Origin: Peribolospora baueri
Lineage: Eukaryota
Length of the DNA stretch: 64,000 bases
Direction of reading: 5' to 3'
Assembly (NCBI GenBank): GCA_029717555.1
Contig: JAMDHS010000031.1
Span: 62,001-126,000, forward strand
Shown: positions 23,344 through 35,834 of the stretch, in pieces
How positions within the stretch are numbered: the first letter of the stretch is position 1
Layout: every line of letters starts with the position of its first letter
The notes under the pieces: model-generated
What the model saw: only the letters and a program-made list of their open reading frames with translations
The model's database searches: none
What the model was told of the DNA's origin: nothing
Translations under genes and position numbers: made by a program

Positions 23344-25523
23344 ATGTCCTTCCTCCTCCCTTCCGCCTTTCGCCCCCTCCACTGCGACGCACCACCTTCA
23401 CACCGGGAAGAGAAGCGGGAACACCATGGACGTCCGGAGAGCACCGTAGACTCCCGGATTAAGGGCGAGGGGCGGTTTGTCGTCAACGCCAAGGTGCGCG
23501 CCCCCGGAGAGACACGAGGAGGTGAACTTGGATCGGTCCCCGCACGCACGCACTGCTCACCCTTCTCCATCTTCGCCTTCTCGCACGCCTACCATACCTC
23601 CACCTCCACCGTCCCCGCACTCCTCTCTACCCACAGGTCTACGCCCGACTGCAACCCGACCCCCAATTCGCCGATCACATCGCCCGCTTCCGACAAGAGC
23701 TCGCCCAAGCGCCCCCGGGCTTGATCGCCTACAAATCCACACCCGTTACCTCGTCCAGCGTCGACCCCTCCTCGCAGGCTACTGACGGCCACCTCGTCTG
23801 CCACGAGCTGTATGTCAGCTCCGACCTCGAGCCCCACTCGCAACAGACCGCCTCCTCTACTCCGCCTTCGTCGTCATCAGCATCTCCCTCGCCGAAACCT
23901 GGCGAGCCGGCGGCGGCGGCGGTGGGGGCGGCGGACAAGAAGGGGGTGCAGGGTGCCGTGGCGGGCAAGGCGAGCGGCTTCCTCGATGACCTCTTCCATT
24001 CGGCTTACAACTTCATCCTCGGAGGCATCGCCGGCGCCGTTGGCGCTACGCTCGTCTACCCTATCGACCTCGTCAAGACAAGGATGCAGAACCAGCGGTC
24101 CGTAGGCGAGCGGCATTGAGGAAAGCCAGAGATAATCCTTCTACTCGACGCTCACTCGCTCTCCTCCTTCTTCCAGCTCCTCTCTCGTCGGCGAGCCGCT
24201 GCTCTACAAAAACTCGGCCGATTGCGTGCGCAAGGTGTTCGCCAACGAGGGCTTCCTTGGCTTCTACCGCGGCCTCGGGCCCCAGCTGATCGGTGTTGCG
24301 CCGGAAAAGGCGATCAAGCTGACCGTCAACGATCTTGTCAGGGGCAAGGCTAAGGACTCAGAGACGGGCAAAATTACCTTGTTCTGGGAGATCGTCGCCG
24401 GTGGCACGGCTGGTGGATGTCAAGTGGTTAGTTGAGAGCGCCCGTAGACGGTTCAAGAGGGCGTTCTTGCTTTACTCCAAGGAAATTGGCCCGGCTAAGA
24501 ACCCCGCATCTCTTCCCACCTCCGCAGGTCTTCACGAACCCCCTCGAGATCGTCAAAATCCGTCTCCAGATCGCCGGCGAAGTGGCGAAAGCGGAAGGGG
24601 GTTCCGCGGTCCCTCGCGGCGCCTTGCACATCGTCCGCCAGCTCGGCTTGCTCGGTCTCTACAGAGGCGCGTCGGCGTGCCTGCTGCGCGACATCCCCTT
24701 CTCGGCCATCTATTTCCCCGCGTACGCCCACCTCAAGAAAGACGTTTTCCACGAGGGCAAGAACGGCAAGAAGCTCGGGTTCGGAGAGATGCTCGCCAGC
24801 GCGTCCATCTCCGGCATGCCCGCCGCTTTCCTCACCACTCCAGCCGACGTTATCAAGACGAGGCTACAAGTCGAGGCGAGGAAGGGCCAGAGCACCTATA
24901 AGGGCATCGGCGACGCTTTTGCCAAGATTCGTGAGTTCATCCGTCCGGGGCGTCCTACGCCGTTCGCCGAAGCGAGCTCCGACCGCGCTCACTCCCCGCA
25001 CAACTCCCCTTCTCTCCCTCGTCCTTTCGCCGTCCACAGTCAGGGAAGAAGGTCCGGCTGCGCTGTTCAAGGGCAGCGTGGCCCGCGTCCTCCGCAGCAG
25101 CCCGCAGGTGAGTCCGTCCCGTCCACCACACAGCGCAGGCGCAGCGATATCTCGCGACCCTGACGCCCGCTTTCTTTCCCCCTCGCTTCCCGCCCTTTCC
25201 CAGTTCGGAGCAACGCTCGTGGCCTACGAATACCTCCAAAAGTTCCTGCCCTACCCTTTCGCGAAAGTGTCCCAGGCCGTCGAGCACGCCATCGCTCCGG
25301 AAGACCCAGCGAGGACGCGGGCGAGGAATGCTCTCAAGTTGCTCTTGGTAAGTTGGGTTCCGCGGGCGAGACTTGAGGCTCCTCTCCCTCCGTCGTCTTG
25401 ACGCGTCGACGCACGCTGACCGCACGCGCTCGGATCGGGACCATTTTTCGCTTCGAAACGAAACAGGATATGCATGAAGACTTTGGAAGGCCGACGGTGC
25501 CGGCGGGCTTCGCTTCCAAGTGA
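23344..25523 (+). CDS. AGC1: Mitochondrial carrier, aspartate/glutamate (AGC1/citrin) type, with an atypical N-terminal domain
   Basis: Three PxDxxKxR-type signatures ([36 protein letters not shown]), [32 protein letters not shown], and the tail [17 protein letters not shown]. Confidence 0.88.
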
Positions 25524-27184
25524 TCCTGCCCACCTCCTTCTATTCGCTTCGCCTTCGCCTTCGCCTTGCCTTTGCCTTTTTCTCTTTCTCTTTCTCCTTC
25601 TTCTTCTTCCGTTAACCCTTCGTTCGTGCGTTCCTTCTACCCTTCCGTTGTGTTCTTGAGCCGCTCCTTCGATAGACGGACGTCTCCGTTCATCGCTCTT
25701 TAGATACCGTAGTTGGATGTACGGTCCCGTCCGGTTCGGTTTATGACGGTAAGGCAAGGTAGTGTCGGCGTAGGAGGATGTAAGATGGTTGGCTTGGACG
25801 TCTTCGGATCAGCGGTCGGATGGGGGATTGAACGGATGAGTGAAGCGTTCGGATATCTGTATGAAGGCGTCAATGGCCGGACGGGGAAAACGTCCGGATG
25901 GATGTGCGGATGTGTCGACGACCGATCGAGTGATTGGCGGGTCCAGGACAGAACAGAGCGACCGGTCGTAGACAACTTGACTCCATCGAGCGTTCGAAAG
26001 TTCGGCACAGAGGAGCATGCTCACCACTAGACTGTCTCCGTGCCGTGCCCGCGTGCAGGAGCTTGCGGAGGCATCGAGGGCGCAAAAAATGAAATGCGCC
26101 CCTGTCCTGTCGATGTATGACACATAAGCGGCAAGGCAGCGTCGGCCGGGCAGGACACGCTACGCCGCCACTCTGGCGCTCGAGCTGCTTGCGATGTGAT
26201 AGACGAGACGAGGCGAAGCGAGACTAGACCTGTCACGGCGGAGCGGATGAGAGGAGTTGGAGCGATGATGAAATCGTACGATGGAGGGGGGAGGGAGAAG
26301 GAGGGGAATGAATGTCAGTTAAGCGCCCGTTTTCGGCGCGACGAGAAGCGCTGAAGGTGGAGGCTGAGAAGGTATGAGCGTGCGCGTGCAGGCATCGTAG
26401 TCCCGTACGTCGATAGTCGTCGGCTGGGCCAGGATCGACGTAGAACATGGGACGGCCTCTGCGGCCAGACCGACGCTCTTCGAACGAAGCCATCGTTTGT
26501 GGACGACGAAAGGGGGGATGCATGACGGATGGAGCACGGAGGAGGCGCGGCGGACGCGCACATGTCGGTGACGCCGCCGCGTCATGCTGTTCTCTCGGAC
26601 TCGGGTCGATTGCCAACGTATTCATATCAAGATGCTTTTGCCGTTCTTAGAAGAGACGGCGCTCTGCGCTTTACGAACGAGCGAATCAAGTGCATCCAGC
26701 GTGATTCAAACGATACTTTTCTTCTTCTTCATGGATGAAATGACGCGCTGGACTGGCCAGGCCCAGCGAAATCGCAGAAACTCCCGTACTCGACCAAAGG
26801 ACCGAGCAAAACAGTGTGAAGAATGGTGGCCGCCAGAGTAATGGGGGACGGACAGGGTTGGGGAGGACGGAACGAACGAGAGGGATCCATCGCCTTCCCT
26901 TCTTCGGTGGACGGATGGGAAAATGACGCGACGTAACGGCGCGGGGAATAAAAGTGAAGGACGAACGCACGTGCAGGCGGGTGGGAGAATAAAGGAAGGA
27001 CGGACGAGAAACAAGGACGAATACACAAAAGTGAGACCCCCAAACAGAGTTAGACGAGACGGAAAGGGATGAAGAGTGGATGATCTAAAATGAGCGTGAA
27101 TCGAATGGAAGGGATAGACGATGGAAGCAGAAGGGAGAAAGAGAACTGAGAGCGAAGCGTTCAGCAACGGTGACGGGGGTTACA

Positions 27185-29211
27185 TTACGCTGCGCTCCGC
27201 TCATGCTCCACCATCTCCAGCGCATGCGCGTCAACGTCGGCGGCGGGGGCGACGGCGGTGGCCGCAGGGATCTCCTTGACGTGTCGCCCACCGTCGTGGG
27301 TCGAGGCGGAGGAGCTGCTGCTGCTAAACGCGCGTTCCTTCTCAGCCGTACGCGATGCGGCGGCAGTCAGGGCGTGGTGGTCAGAGTGGCCAGGGGCAAG
27401 GCCGGTGACGTCTGAGAAACCGTCGTTGCAGGCGAGCGCCGTGTAGTCGTAGCATCCCTCGCCCATCTGCTCCTCGTCGATGCCGATGATCTCGGCCTCC
27501 TCGGTGGAGCGGAAATGCATGCCGGGGATGAGGTTGATGGCATATAGGAGGATCATGGAGACGACGAAAGACCAGGCGAAGCCGGAGCAGGAGTCGGCGA
27601 GTTGGTACCCGAGCTGGATCCAGTGGTGGTTGATCCAGCCTCCGCCAATGGGCGCCGAGCCGTCGAAGCTGGCGACGCGCGAGTCTGCGAAGAAGGCGGT
27701 GGCAATGTTGCCGACGAGGCCGCCAACAGCGTGCGCTGCGAACACGTCGAGCGCGTCGTCGTAGTTGAACCACAGCTTGAGCTTAGTCGCAAAGTTGCAC
27801 ACGGTTCCACCGAGGAATCCGATGGCGACGGCGGCCGGAGCGGCTACGTACCCCGAGGCCGGCGTGATGGCGACCAGGCCGGAGACGGCGCCGGAGCAAA
27901 AGCCGACAGCAGACCACTTGCGCTCCAGACGCCAGTCCCAGAACATCCACGTCAAAGCGGCGACCGAGGCGGCCAGCTGTGATAACGGGGAAGAGTGGAT
28001 GACGGAAGGGTAGTCAGTGGGCAAGGGTTCAGAGTACGAAGGAGACGGACGTCGGTTTGATGCTCACGTTAGTCACAGTACAAGCCATGACGGCGCGCAA
28101 GTTGGCGCCGAGAGCGGAGCCACCGTTGAAGCCGAACCACCCGAACCAGAGGAAGACGGTGCCAATGACGACATAAGAGACATTGTGAGGTTTGTACGCG
28201 AGCTGTGCAAGCAGGGACGAATGAAGGTGAGTGAGGGAGTGGATCACGACGCCGCGATCCGCTTGGCCCTTGTCCAGTGATCGTCGCTCACCCTCTCAGT
28301 GCCGTAACCACGGCGCTTGCCGAGGAAAATGGAGATGGCGAGCGCAGCGGTACCAGAGGAGATGTGGACGGGGGTGCCTCCGGCAAAGTCGAGGCCGCCC
28401 ATGTTGTTGGCCCATCCGTAACCGACGTTCCAGGTCCAGTAGGCGATGGGGTTGTAGACGATGGTGGACCAGCAAAAGACCCAGAGCATGATGGGGGCGA
28501 GGCGGGCGCGGTCGGCGAACGCGCCGACGGCAATCATGGGCGTGATGGCGGCGAACATGAGCTGGTAGACGGCGTAGAGGAGCGCGGGCACAGTGGATCC
28601 GCCGGGAGAGGGTGCGATGTCGACGTCAATGAGGCCGAAGTGCTTCAGGTCGCCGATGAACGGGTTGCCCGAGGACTGGGAGAAGGAGAGGGAGTAGCCC
28701 CAGAAGAACCATTCGAAGGAGACGCTGTGTTGCGGGGCAGCGGAAGGCAATGTCAGTCTCACCCTGGAGGCGTCGGCCCCCGCGGATTACGGTATCCCTC
28801 CCCCCACGAACAGTCACATAAGCAGTTCGCAACTCACACAGCCAGACACATCATGCTGGCCCAGATCATGCTTAGCGCGCTCTTCCGTCGAAGGAGTCCT
28901 CCATAGAAAAAGCCGAGACCTGCGAAAGGGAATGGCGTTAAGGGAGACGGACAAAGTAAGTTTATAAATTCAAGGTCCTTCTCCTCTTTTCCAATCCCCG
29001 CTCTCTTGTCCCTCACTCCCTCTCTGGTTCCTTCTCTCTCCATACGACCTCTTCTCGACCTGCCGCCTGGATACGCACCGGGTATCATCAGCATGACAAG
29101 TGCTGTGGAAACGATGATCCAGGCGAGGTCACCGGAGGCATAAGTGTGCGTGGACCCATCAGGGAGGGTAGCGACCAGCTGCGCGCTCGCGTCGTACGTC
29201 ACGTTCACCAT
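27185..29211 (-). CDS. Ammonium transporter (Amt/Mep family)
   Basis: [80 protein letters not shown]. Both pore His residues are present; N-terminal NVT sequon. Confidence 0.96.
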
Positions 29212-31145
29212 CTCGGGCGGACAGGAGCTCGAGATAAGGGGTAGGGGCCGGAAGGGAGTTCGGTTGGAGAGAGATGTGGTGGGCAGGCAGGCTCTCAGGC
29301 TGTGGAGGAGGGGAGGAAGGAGGGGACGGTGGAGTCAGAGGGGAAAGGCTGACCCAGGGTGTGTGGCGGCGTCGAGGCGGGAGGAGAGGATTGGGGGACA
29401 TGGGGAGGAGGAGGTCAAGTCGTGTATATGTATGGGGACAGGGGAAGGGTAGTCGGGGAGGGAGGGAGTCGGAGATGAAGAGGGTGGTAGGTCGGACGGG
29501 ATTGGCTGGATTAGTTTGAGCGAGCTTGAGATAACGCTCGCCAAGGCGGCAGCCCACCCGCACACCCTTCTTCTCGTCCTCTCCCTTCCTCCGCTTGTCC
29601 TCCGCTCGCTCCCGCTTTTTCTCCCTCTCCCTTCCTCCACTCTCCGCCCCACGACGGATGGGTTGCACGGTCAGGAAGATGGACGGCGAGGAGGAAACTC
29701 CATTCCACCACCGTGACTACGAAGCAACAAGGATGGACGCACGGACGGACGGATGAATGAATAGACGCACGGACGCACGGGTCCTCGCGACGCCGCCAGT
29801 ACCCACCCACTCTCACTTCGCATATCACTGTCCTCCCACGACTATCCCATCTCATCGTCGTCGCTCCAAGTCGATGATCCGAGTGGACGAACGAGACGGG
29901 TTCGACGCCCGACTGGGGCGTACGACATTTGACGGACGTTCGTCTCGGGTGAGAAAGGTGTCCGAACCAGCGGTACTATGTCCTCTACCGTGCCCCATCC
30001 CATCCCATCCCGTCCTGTTCCGTGCCTTCCGCCCAATCCTGCCTCTTTTTAGGCAACCCGCCACGCCATCTTCCCATCGCGGCGTCAGGAACCAAGAGCC
30101 CGCAAACCATCTAGTTCCGTGCACATGTACCTGTACGTCGTATATGAGTCCACGGGCACGGTCCGCGGTCGACGGCGACAAGACAAGAGCGAAAGAAGCG
30201 CAACAAGAGGAGAGCCGCGTTGCGTTCTCGTCTCAGCGTCGCGTCGCGTTTCGTCGTCGTTCGTCTCAACCCCGCCAACGGAATCTAGATCTCGCTGATC
30301 CTTCTTGTCTTCAGCGTCGATGACGGCGATGTTGCGACGACGCCCTTAGACCCTTCTTCCTTCCTTCTCTTCCCCCCGTCCTGCTCGTGTGGAATCGGGT
30401 GGGCCTTGTCAGAGATAGGCGGCGGAGCGACAAGGTGTGGCGAAGGAGGAGAGCGGATGGAGATAAGGGTCTCGGGCATGGCCCGCCGTCGCTGCGGCTG
30501 CGGCTGCCCCGTCCAAACACCGCCTGCGCTATGCAGAGATAAGCGGAGTCGCAGGAGACGTCGTGTACACAGGTGCTCATATAGCCGCTTCAACGTATAG
30601 CCGCTTATGGGCGCGTCGGGCCGAGACGAGAGAGAGCGTTCGACAGACGGTAACCAGCTGACAGACTCCTGACGACCGACGACCGAACTGTATGTATATA
30701 CGTGCTGCGACCGATCCAGAGCGAGCGAACGCATTGATTAGGTGGTATATGTCCCATTGGAAGCATACATGCAGGATGCGCGAGAGGCGGTAGCTAAAGC
30801 AAGCCAGCGCGGGGTGCGCGAGGAAGGAGGCAAGATGGACATGACACGAGAGATGATGTACGAGCAAAGCTGGGCAACTCAGAGCAGGTAGCAAAGCGGA
30901 CGAGAAGGGTTTAGTGAAACGCTGGATGGCACACAAGGTAAAGGCGATGGGCGAATGGAAGTCTCCCGGGTGCGAGTCGAATCCATGTCGACAGCGTGCC
31001 TCACGCTGTCTGGCAAACGACACGCCTACGGCAATGAAGATCGGCTGTGGAGAATCAAACAAGAAGAATGGACGTCCCGACCGCAAGCGAGTACGGCTAC
31101 CACGCCACCCTACAGCCCTTCACAACGCCTCTCTTCGGCCCAAGC

Positions 31146-34100
31146 TCAACTGGAAGCCTTGGCGACCAGCCGCCTCTCCTCTTGAGGGGTGAAGCGGAGG
31201 ATGACGGAGAGGACACGCGTCAGGTGGGGCTTCGAACCGTACCGAGTGGAGAAGGGAGGGAGAGCACGTCAAGTCCGGTCCAGTCAGCACCGAATGCAAA
31301 CCCACCGTCACCTTCAAGAATTAATTCGACCATCCCATCCTCTCCTCGCTCCCAAACTCACCCGCATCTCTTTGTGCTCGAGGAACTGCAAAATGACGTT
31401 CCTCAGGTACTCCAAGTTGAGCGCCTCGTCGTCCAACGGCGTGACTGAGCTCGAGGTGGATTCCATCGACGCGCGTCGAGCACCTGCAGCCGCCGCTGCT
31501 CCAGACGGACCTGCACCTGCACCTGCACCTGCACTGGCGCCATCGGGTACAGACGCTAGACCAGCAGAGCTCCCGTTCATCGCTCGCCCTACAGCGCTGA
31601 AGTAGCCTACGCCCGGGTTGCGTTGTCGCTCGGCGAGGGCGACGCCGGACTGGAGCTTCCTCAATTCCTCCCGTAGGGTCTGTTTGGGGGCAGATGGAGG
31701 GGGAGGGGGAGGGAAGGTACGCCCGTTGCATTGGTCAGGCGCAGTTCGTCCATAGGAGCCACGCTGCAGATGGCATCAACAGCGGCTCATCTCACCTTCT
31801 GAGCCGACCGAAGTTGTGACTCCTTGGCTCGCTGCTCCTCCAGCTGCCGACGAAGGGTGTCCGCTTGCTGCTGCACCGTTTTGACCTCCACGCGAGCAGA
31901 GGACTGCAAAAGAATGGTGGGGTGAGGAGGCACTCAAGACGAGCAAGCCGGCGTTCAGAAACGAAGGCGACTTACTTCCCTCTCCTCCACTTCACTCATC
32001 TCCCTCTCCTTCGCCTCTAATCGTCGCTCCAACTCCTCCACTCTCTTCCTGAGCTCCATCCCTTCCCTTTCCGTCTCCGTGATCTTCCCCTCCTTCTCGC
32101 GATGCAACGTGACGGCCTCCGCATACTCCTCGTCCTTCTCTTTGATCGTGCCCCGAAGCCGTTCCACCTCCTTTGCGCGCTCGGCCAGCGTGCGCGACAT
32201 GACTGACTCGAGCTCGTCCCGCTCCCATTCCACCTTCCTGACTCGTTCCTGCGCCTCGTCCACCGCCGCCCGATGCCGTGCCTCGGCTTCGGCCAGTGCC
32301 GTGTTCACATCGGCTTCTCTGTCATTTGACCCTGCTCCAAAGCCGTCGGCGGCCGCTGCAGTCGCCGCTGCCGACCTGACCCTGAGCTCCTCTTCCGCAG
32401 CGGCCAAGCGCTCGTACAACTCCTCGCTCTCTTTGAGTCTGTACCTCATTTCCTGCGTCTCATGCTCCAATCTCTCCATCTGCCCACGCATGCTCTCCAC
32501 CTCCGCCGTCCGCATCTGAACATGGTCGAATAGGTCGTCCCGCTCGTTGCGCACCTCCTTGAGGATCGTCTCCAGTTGCGATATCCTCGCGTCCTTGGAG
32601 CTCACCACCTGGTCATGGGCGGCCTTGGTCGCCATCGTCTCGCGCTCGGCCGCGCTCTTGTGGTTCGCAAGCTCCTTGTCGTGCGCCGCGCGCAACGCCT
32701 CCTTCTCTCTCGTGTGCTCCGACCTGAGCCCCGCCAGCGCTCGCTCTCTCTGCGCCTGCAACGCCTCCACCTCGCGCTGCCACCGCTCCCTCTCGCTTGC
32801 CAGCGTCTCCTTGGTGGCCTGCTCGAGCACCCGAGTAGAGTCGCGCTCGCTCATTACCTCCTCCTTTGCCTTTTCCGCATTGACGAGCTTCTGCCGGACG
32901 GCGCGCAGCAGAGACACGCTCTTGATGCGCTTCTCCTCCTCCTCCCTCGCCGCCATTCGAGCTTTCTCCAGCTCGCTTCGCACCTCCTCCGTCTTGGATG
33001 CCTCCTCCCTTAGCTTAGCCATTTCGGCATTCTTCTCCTCCAGCTGTGTCTGCAGTTCGTCCACCCGTTCGGATTGGGAGTGCGACTCGAGGCGGTGCGT
33101 CTCGATCATCTCCTCCATGACGCCTTTTTGTTCTGCAGGAAGTGCACGACGAGCCAAAAGGATTGAGATGAGCGAGCGCCTCCCCACCTCCTCCAATTGA
33201 CCATGTCAATAAAGTCGTGGGCCGGATACTCACGCTCGAGCAAGCCGGTCAACCTGCGAATCTCCTCCGATCCCATCTCAACCTTTAACGACATATTGCG
33301 CAGGTGCGCCTCGAAGGCTTCGGCATCGCTGAGGCCTTCGAGCGGAGTGAGCTCCGTGACCACCTTTTCGAGAGCTGTCTTCTCCGCTCGCAAGCGTTCG
33401 AGAGATGTAGAAACGTCTGCAAGAACGGGCCATGGAGAGGTAGGGACGTCAGTGCCACCTTGAGGACCGAGCCGACCCCGGCAGGACGGAAGCGATGTAT
33501 GCCCCTCCGATTGGCGTAGAGGTCAACACTCACCCGCAAGCTTACTCTCCGTCTTCTCGAGCTTCTTCAGCCGCCAAGCCTCCACCTCCACCTTGCCCTC
33601 CATACTCTCCGGGACTTGGCTGGACGACGCGCTCTCTAAGCTCTGTCGACCGACGGTGTCGGCATTGTCTGCCTCAAGGGATGAGGGCGGTCCTCTACCG
33701 ACGCTTGCGTCGGCGTCCGTCCCCGTAGTCGCAGCTGCTACGTCCTTCGGCTCGCCCTTGTTCTCATCGTCCGGCTCAGTAACAGGCGGGCCCGCCGCCG
33801 GCGATCGTGCTTCTTGCGCTGCATCCAGAACCTCGCGCGCCTTTCGCCTCGCCTCTTCCGCCCGACTGGCCGCTTGTTCTGCCCCGCTCGGCTGGCCCGT
33901 GTTCGCTCCCTCTCCTCCCGTAGGTTGTGAGTTCGATACTTCCTCGGTTCGAACGGAAGATTGCGGCTGTGGGGGCACCGTCTCCGTCGAGTCGGAGCTC
34001 CGCGATGCCGGAGCTGGGCGCTCCGGTGTCTTGGGAGGCGCGTCTGAAAATGCTTCTACGCCTTTATTAGTGTCGCCGAGCACGTTGACAAGGTCTGCTG

Positions 34101-35454
34101 AAGGGGCTGAAACCTGGACGCTCTGTTTCTCCTCCTCGTCCCCGTCCGTCTCCGTCTTCGCCCTTTCCTGCTCGCCATTACGCCTGTCCTCGCTTCTTGC
34201 CGCATCTGCAGAAACCGCCTCTTTCCACTCTCTCTCCCGTTCGTCCTCCTCGGCGAGGACAACCGCGGACTGGGCGAGTAGTTCGGCCGTCATGGGAGTC
34301 CTAGGCTGAGGACGGGGGTGGGTGAGCTCAGGTGGGCCCATGGACGGACGGTCCGGTCCATACGTCTCGCCCCGCCGCTCCGTCCCGACAACCACTTCTT
34401 GTCCTTCTTCTTCACCTTCCTCCTCTTCCCCGCTCGACTCGAACGCAATGTCCATCTCTGATTTTGTCGTCGAAGAGGCCGTATGTGGAGGCTCGAACCC
34501 CGTCGAGCGACTTGCGAACGAGGCGGAGCCCGGTCCCTCATCAAATTTGAGAACCAGCTCGGGGGAGAGAGGCGTTTCGGTGGTCCCCGTCAGGGATATG
34601 CCAGCCATCCTTTGCTCCTCTTGTTGTTCGGATTGTCCCCCAACGTTCCCATCGTCTTTGCTGTTCGACGTCGCCTGAGAGCCATTCGCACCAGCCGTGG
34701 GCTCTACAGTCGCTGAAGAAGCTCCGGTCGAAATGGCTCTCCACCCAGCTGCCCTTCCTAACCCCTTCAAGCTAGGCAGCGCCCACTCAGCGCCCCTCTT
34801 CGATTGGCTCGGGCTGTGTTGTGAGGGGTCGGGCGTGTGATCACGAGTGGGGGAGGCGGGATGATCTTCTGAGCTTGAAGCTCCAGCCGCTGCATTCGGC
34901 CGGCTCGCTTCGTCCTGGGATTGCCGTGATCTCCCGCCGCCGCCAAAGAAGGACGTTACGGCGGAGACGTCGATGGGGGGCAGGATGTGTCGGTCGCCCA
35001 AAGGGGTCCCGGATCTGCTGCTGCCCGCCGCGCCTGCTCCTGCACCAGCCCCGCCTGCCGGAGCTGAAGAGTTGGCGGAGGAGGAAGCGGTGGGAGGGGA
35101 CTTGACTCGCGAAGCGGCCAGAGAGCGGCGTAGGGAGGAGACGATGGGGTCGGCGGACTCGTTTGAACGCTTGCCGGTCGGCAAGACCGTATTTGCCCTC
35201 GCATTGTCAATGCCGGCGGTTGCGGACGTATCGTTAGCCGACCGTGCCAGTGAGGCCGCCTCCCCGGCCGCGCCACCGGAATCGGTCGGCGGGTCGACCT
35301 GGACCTGGTCGCCCACCTTGTTCTCACGACCTTGCTCGGCTATCGTCCCTGCCGCGTCCCGATCGACCTCGACGGACAGCGCGGAGACAGTGTCGGGTGA
35401 TATGACCCCCTGCTCCTCCGTGCTCGCCCGTGGCGCTGTGTCGGCGCTGCTCAT
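31146..35454 (-). CDS. GRIP-domain golgin (long coiled coil, disordered N-terminus)
   Basis: Extensive E/K/R/A heptad-rich exons. C-terminal LNLEYLRNVILQFLEHKEMR|PHLTRVLSVILRFTPQEERRL matches a GRIP domain with the conserved Tyr. Confidence 0.88.
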
Positions 35455-35834
35455 GGTCGGGAGGGCAGAGGGGACAAGGCAACGTTGGTCGAGGAGGCTT
35501 GCAAAGGCGGGCAGTGGTGGACCGCGTTCGCGAAGTTGGTATGCGCAAGTTGGGAGTTGTAGCCAGCTACACGTGACGTGCACCTGATTAGTCATACTAG
35601 TATACTCCGATCCCGGTGTTAATTGCACGTGATCTCCGATCTACACTAGTATATGACGCGCGGTGCCCGCCACGTGGATACCTCCTGGACCATCGATCGG
35701 GCTTGTCGTCTTGCGCGTCATAGCAGCGAGGGGAAGCGGCGGGGAGAGAGGCTTGGTCATACATAAATGGAGGGGGTCGGATTTTCGTTCCTCGTGCTAC
35801 GGTTTTATTCATTCTTCTCTCCACCGCATCCACC

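Noticed and set aside
12917..29211. Metabolic cluster formed by AADC, lipase, subtilisin, AGC1 and Amt
   Set aside because: No backbone synthase, cluster regulator or coherent pathway; more likely ordinary gene order.
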